Assembly: GCA_045863395.1 (NCBI GenBank)
Contig: BTVJ01000047.1
Span: 1 to 57,912, forward strand
Length of the DNA: 57,912 nt
DNA from: Myxococcales bacterium
Lineage (GTDB): Bacteria; Myxococcota_A; UBA9042; JABWCM01; BTVJ01
Direction of reading: 5' to 3'
The notes beneath the pieces were generated by a model that saw only the letters and a list, made by a program, of their open reading frames with translations, was not told the DNA's origin and did not search any database. This document shows, piece after piece, positions 53,868 to 57,912 of the stretch (position 1 is the first letter of the stretch; the number at the start of each line of letters is the position of its first letter). The translations under genes were made by a program, and so were the position numbers.

Positions 53868-55451
53868 TCAGAACCCCACCTGCAGACGCATTGTCCACCC
53901 GTCGTTATCGAGGTCTGTCGCGACTCCACGTGAGTCCCGCGCGAGCATGTCCATGATCACGTCGTACTGGAAGGAGAGTCTCGCGACACCCGGCCACGCG
54001 AGTCCGACCAGCGGGGAGAGGGTCTGGACCGATGCGTCGACGACGAGCCGCACCCCCTGGCGGTCGTCCAGGAAGTCAGAGTCCGGGTCATAGTAGTCGT
54101 AGCGAAACCCGACAAAGGCATACCGGGTGAGCTCCTGGACGAAGCCCACCATGGCGGAGACCTCCCGGATGTCGCGTCCGGCGAACACGGGGTCCGCGAC
54201 GAACCATGTGCGATCCAGGTTGGTGGCCAGCGTCGCCTCGGCCCAGACGCGGGTCCAGCCGATGGGCGTGCGTCCCGAGATCCGCAGGTCCGCGCCGATG
54301 CCCCAGCGCTCGAAGGTCTCGGACGAGCGAGCGGCTCGGCCGGGGACCGACACGAGCTCGCCCGTGTCGATGGCGGCGTTCTCGTTGTAGTCCTGCCACT
54401 GTGCCGCGTCCTTGCTGGCGGTGGACCCGGCGCTGAACCCGGTGCCGTAAAGGAACGAGACTCCTCCGGCAATCTCGAAGTCCTCGATGGGGCTCGCCTC
54501 CACCCCGAGGCGCCCTGAGAAGTCCGGGTCGGACGTGGGGTCGAGGGCGTCGACTCCGACTGTGTCGGTCAGGTTGCGTCCCCCCATGATCGCGACCGCC
54601 CAGCGAAAGAACGAGACGCCGCCGTAGAGCTTGGCTCCGACATCCGACTGTCCCCCGAAGAAGGCGCGGGAGCCGGCGGAGCGCTCCATGAAGAGGAGCT
54701 GATCCTGGGGCTCGGCCAGCTCGTAGCCGAAGGGCACGTCCGTGACGCCGACGCTCAGGGCGACCCAGGGTGGAGCGTCCTCCTCCGGGTTTCTCCACAG
54801 GATCCCGCCCTCAGCGCGCCGGACCCCCAGGGACAGGCCGCGCGTGGTATTGGCGTCGAGCTCCACGTCGAAGCGCGCGAAGTCGAACTCGCCGAGGATG
54901 CGGAGCCGCGCCCGCCGGAGGGAGAACGTGTCCTGGTTGAGGGGTGCGCCTCCCTGCTGAAGCTCGTCCTCTGACAGATCGGACGCGCGGTACTGCGCCT
55001 GGATATAACCGAGGAGACGCACGTCGTCGGAGAGAGGTACGCCCTCTCGGGGCCACGCGGTGGGACTGGGGGCGGCGTTCAGGGGCGCCTCGGCAGGAGT
55101 GTCCGCTGCCGGATCGGGAGGGGCCGTGGGGGCCTCCTTGTCGAGCGCGTCCAGACGAGAGCGGAGTGCTTCGACCTCGCGGCGCAGGGCGTCGAGGTCT
55201 TCGGACGGGCTGCGCGACAGGGGAGCCCATGCGGGCGGCGCTACCTCAGGCTCTGTGTGTTGAGCTGGAGTCGTCGAGACATCTGAGGCAGGGGCGCCCT
55301 CGGACGAGGGCGGAGACGAAGGATCTCCCGGGACGGTGGAGGTACCAGGATTCTGACGCTCAACGGGAGCATCGTCCTCGTCCTCGATCTCCCAAGCGCC
55401 CTCCTGCGCATGCGTCGTTTGTCCTGCGAACAGGACAGCGGCTGTGAACAT
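53868..55451 (-). CDS. Outer-membrane porin (OprO/OprP-like) with an N-terminal coiled coil
   Basis: GYIQAQY, FSLRRARL, DVPFGYE, FMERS, ends RLQVGF. Start uncertain. Confidence 0.7.
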   Translation of the reverse strand: MFTAAVLFAGQTTHAQEGAWEIEDEDDAPVERQNPGTSTVPGDPSSPPSSEGAPASDVSTTPAQHTEPEVAPPAWAPLSRSPSEDLDALRREVEALRSRLDALDKEAPTAPPDPAADTPAEAPLNAAPSPTAWPREGVPLSDDVRLLGYIQAQYRASDLSEDELQQGGAPLNQDTFSLRRARLRILGEFDFARFDVELDANTTRGLSLGVRRAEGGILWRNPEEDAPPWVALSVGVTDVPFGYELAEPQDQLLFMERSAGSRAFFGGQSDVGAKLYGGVSFFRWAVAIMGGRNLTDTVGVDALDPTSDPDFSGRLGVEASPIEDFEIAGGVSFLYGTGFSAGSTASKDAAQWQDYNENAAIDTGELVSVPGRAARSSETFERWGIGADLRISGRTPIGWTRVWAEATLATNLDRTWFVADPVFAGRDIREVSAMVGFVQELTRYAFVGFRYDYYDPDSDFLDDRQGVRLVVDASVQTLSPLVGLAWPGVARLSFQYDVIMDMLARDSRGVATDLDNDGWTMRLQVGF

Positions 55452-55609
55452 GGCTGCGAGCTCTGCTCTCACTGTGTCGCTCCAAGGGGAATTGACGATG
55501 CTCCAGTCACTCTCGCGGCGTCCCCCGCGCTGTCCAATTCGTCTGAGTCGACGGACAGGGCGCCTCCCCCGGACGGAGTGGGGGAGGCGCCCCGTGCCTC
55601 GGCCAGCCC

Positions 55610-56236
55610 TCAGGGGAGGGGCGGCAGGGGCTTCCCGTCGTACAGCGGCAGCCTGGCCTCGTTGTCGAAGAAGAGGCACGAGCTGTCCGTGCAGTGGTTG
55701 ATCACCTCAAGCGGGGTCGTTGGAGGGCAAGCGTAGCAGCCCTTGGGGCCGTCACAATTGACCGGGACGTCCTCTTCACTGCCGGTGTCCGTCGCGCCAC
55801 CCGTGTCGGTCGTTGCCCCATCCGCGGTGCCACCCGTGTCGGTGATGCCACCCGTGTCGGTCGTGCCGCCCGTGTCGGTGGTGCCACCGGTGTCGGTGGT
55901 GCCTCCTGTGTCAGTGGTACCAGCATCAGTGGTGCTCGTGTCGTCCCCGGCCGAGACGTCGTCTCCCGATGTCCCGTCGCTGAGCGTGTCCTCTCCACCG
56001 GAGTATACGTCGTTGGGCGGCTCCTCCACCGAGTCGCCGTCGCACCCAGCTACCAGAAGCAGCCCGGCCGCGAGGGGCCACCGGAGGGCACGGGCGAACC
56101 GACCGACGAAACTCAGGTGCCCGGTCATCGACGACCCAACCGGGGAAGCGATGAGCAGAGTCTCCATGGCACCTCCAGACTTCAACGAGCTTGCCGTCTC
56201 CAGGCCGCGAACGGCCGGTCTCTGGTTCGTCGTCAT
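55610..56236 (-). CDS. Lipoprotein with TDTGG repeats and a small Cys-rich C-terminal domain
   Basis: LLLVAGC lipobox; 18-bp repeats at about 55780-55940; CDGPKGCYAC..NHC..C. Start uncertain (56236, 56167 or 56128). Confidence 0.65.
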   Translation of the reverse strand: MTTNQRPAVRGLETASSLKSGGAMETLLIASPVGSSMTGHLSFVGRFARALRWPLAAGLLLVAGCDGDSVEEPPNDVYSGGEDTLSDGTSGDDVSAGDDTSTTDAGTTDTGGTTDTGGTTDTGGTTDTGGITDTGGTADGATTDTGGATDTGSEEDVPVNCDGPKGCYACPPTTPLEVINHCTDSSCLFFDNEARLPLYDGKPLPPLP

Positions 56237-56238
56237 GG

Positions 56239-57474
56239 CTACTTCACCTCGCAGAAGTCGTGGCGGCACACCGGTGCGCTGCTGGGGCAGTCGGAGTCAC
56301 TCTTGCATGAAGCGCAGTCGGTCTTTCCGACGGCCTTCCACTCGAAGTAGCAGCCGCAGGGAGCATCGGGTACGACGCTGAAGAGAGGCCCGCTATCGGA
56401 CGACCGGTCGACGTACATGGCGCACTTGGGGATGTTCTTGTTCTCGATGGTCAGGTCGAGGATGGGGACCTCCTTCGGTGGGGTCACCGTTCCGTCTATC
56501 CACCCAGCCAGGAGCGCCACGTTGGGATTGGACGGCTTGCCGTTGGCGCCGACGCGTGTGAACACGTGCGTCGGGCTCCAGAGGTAGTACTGGCCAAATC
56601 GGACGTTGCTCTTGTCGAAGGCCGTCGCGGTGGAGTCGGGCCAGTACCCGCAGATCTGGTCCGTGTGCTGGTAGGCGAGCGTGCGGACAACGTCCCGGTT
56701 GTCGTCCGCCACCTCGCCGCTGGTGAAGCCGATGGCCGCCTCGGGCTTCGGGGAGCCCGCCAGGAGTGTGATGGTTGCCTGGTTGGTCTTGGCGTCCACG
56801 CCGACGAACTTGGCAGGCGGGACTCCAATGGCCTTGGCGATGGCGATTTGAACGGCAGAGGTCCCGTTGCGGGCGATGATCTGCTCCTCGTCGGTCCAGG
56901 GCGCGGCCTTGCCGGCCTTTCCGAAGCCGAACACGAAGTACAGCGCCTCGGCGCTCACGGACTGCTGGCTGGAGGCGACGGGGACGAGCAGGTTCCACGA
57001 GTTGATGACCCCGGTGAAGTCGCCGAACTCCTTGGGCAGCGCGTCGATTCCGGCACAGGATGTGGCGTCGATCCCCATGACGGCGAAGTCGAGCTTCTGA
57101 CCGAGCAGGGGCAGCTCGCAGGTACCCTGGGTGCCATCCGCCTCCCAGTAGAATGCGGTCCCGGTGATCGCCGTGTCGCTCAGGAGGGAGTTGATTCCCA
57201 CACAGGCGCCTGGCGACTGGTAGATCAGCGCCACTGGCTTGTCCGAGGTCCTCCACGCGGCGGCAATCTTCCCAAGGAAGTTGGTGTTCGCGCTGCCGCC
57301 CTGCCCATAGATGGGGGACGGCAGCGTGTTGCACTTGATGTCGGCCTTGGCGTCAGCGGCCATGGTGCCAGAGCCTGCGAGGGCCAGCGCCGCGCAGCCC
57401 GCCAGGAGGGTTCTCCGTCCCCCCGGGCGCCGGCGTACCATCGCCTGTCTCTTCATGGTCTGAGATTGAGTCAT
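56239..57474 (-). CDS. Exported solute-binding-protein-like protein with a Cys-rich tail
   Basis: Signal peptide; IYGQGGSA, YQSPGACVG, ARNGTSA, GQYYLWSP resemble PstS-like binding proteins; ends CASCKSDSDCPSSAPVCRHDFCE. Start uncertain. Confidence 0.6.
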   Translation of the reverse strand: MTQSQTMKRQAMVRRRPGGRRTLLAGCAALALAGSGTMAADAKADIKCNTLPSPIYGQGGSANTNFLGKIAAAWRTSDKPVALIYQSPGACVGINSLLSDTAITGTAFYWEADGTQGTCELPLLGQKLDFAVMGIDATSCAGIDALPKEFGDFTGVINSWNLLVPVASSQQSVSAEALYFVFGFGKAGKAAPWTDEEQIIARNGTSAVQIAIAKAIGVPPAKFVGVDAKTNQATITLLAGSPKPEAAIGFTSGEVADDNRDVVRTLAYQHTDQICGYWPDSTATAFDKSNVRFGQYYLWSPTHVFTRVGANGKPSNPNVALLAGWIDGTVTPPKEVPILDLTIENKNIPKCAMYVDRSSDSGPLFSVVPDAPCGCYFEWKAVGKTDCASCKSDSDCPSSAPVCRHDFCEVK

Positions 57475-57912
57475 CCAGTCTTCTCCGTTGGCTCCCGTCG
57501 TTCCCTGGTGTCTGCCACGCGCATGGTGGCGCTTCTACACGAGGCGTGCCAACAGGGTCCGGACGCGGCAAGGTCGCGACAATACAGATGTGTTGGCGAT
57601 CCAGGCGGGAGACTCGCGCTCCGGGGCCCGCGACCCGTCACGGGTGACCAGGAGATGTCCAAGCCGTCATGGGACTCGAGGGATCCGCTGGCCCGGGCAG
57701 GTCGGGCTGGTGGGAGACTCCAAGGCCACTTGAGTTCGAAGTGCCTTCGGGCGGCTCGGACCTCCGCGTGTCGATGTGACCGGGTCCAAGACGGCGTGGT
57801 GTCTGCGCGGCACCGTCGTGGCATCGGCGGCAAGGCAGCAGGTTGCCTCGTCCGGGCCTCTAGTAGGGCGTCGCCGAAGTAATGATGCAACCGGGAGGGC
57901 CGATCCATCCCC

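Noticed and set aside
57475..57912. Cobalamin riboswitch upstream of the TonB cluster
   Set aside because: The B12-box and the other conserved riboswitch motifs were not found on the minus strand.

Overview
High-GC bacterial DNA. Gene content (thrombospondin-3 and Cys/Asp repeat surface proteins, a TPR/PEGA-type protein, a TonB-fused outer-membrane receptor) points to a Myxococcota-like deltaproteobacterium; this is inference. In order: two large secreted repeat proteins; fadIJ; an accessory island (9.3-12.5 kb) with an Rpn nuclease, a diversity-generating-retroelement (DGR)-like template/variable repeat pair on an FGE-sulfatase-fold gene that carries a nonsense codon, a small secreted protein and a collapsed higBA module; UvrD/Rep and ABC-F genes; assorted hydrolases, GSTs and lipoproteins; a 12-kb sulfur island (poly-Cys leader ORF, sbp-cysTWA, sigma54 activator, sigma54 promoter, cysK, family 2A encapsulin plus cysteine desulfurase, two YeeE/YedE genes, tauD); a threonine-transaldolase-like/class II aldolase fusion with a Ser/Thr dehydratase; and a nine-gene TonB/porin/solute-binding cluster. 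The three strongest leads are the RT-less DGR cassette, an apparent two-tier cysteine-sensing cascade controlling the encapsulin locus, and the fluorothreonine-transaldolase-like fusion enzyme. No rRNA, tRNA or CRISPR array was recognised. All calls come from reading motifs by eye; no searches were run.
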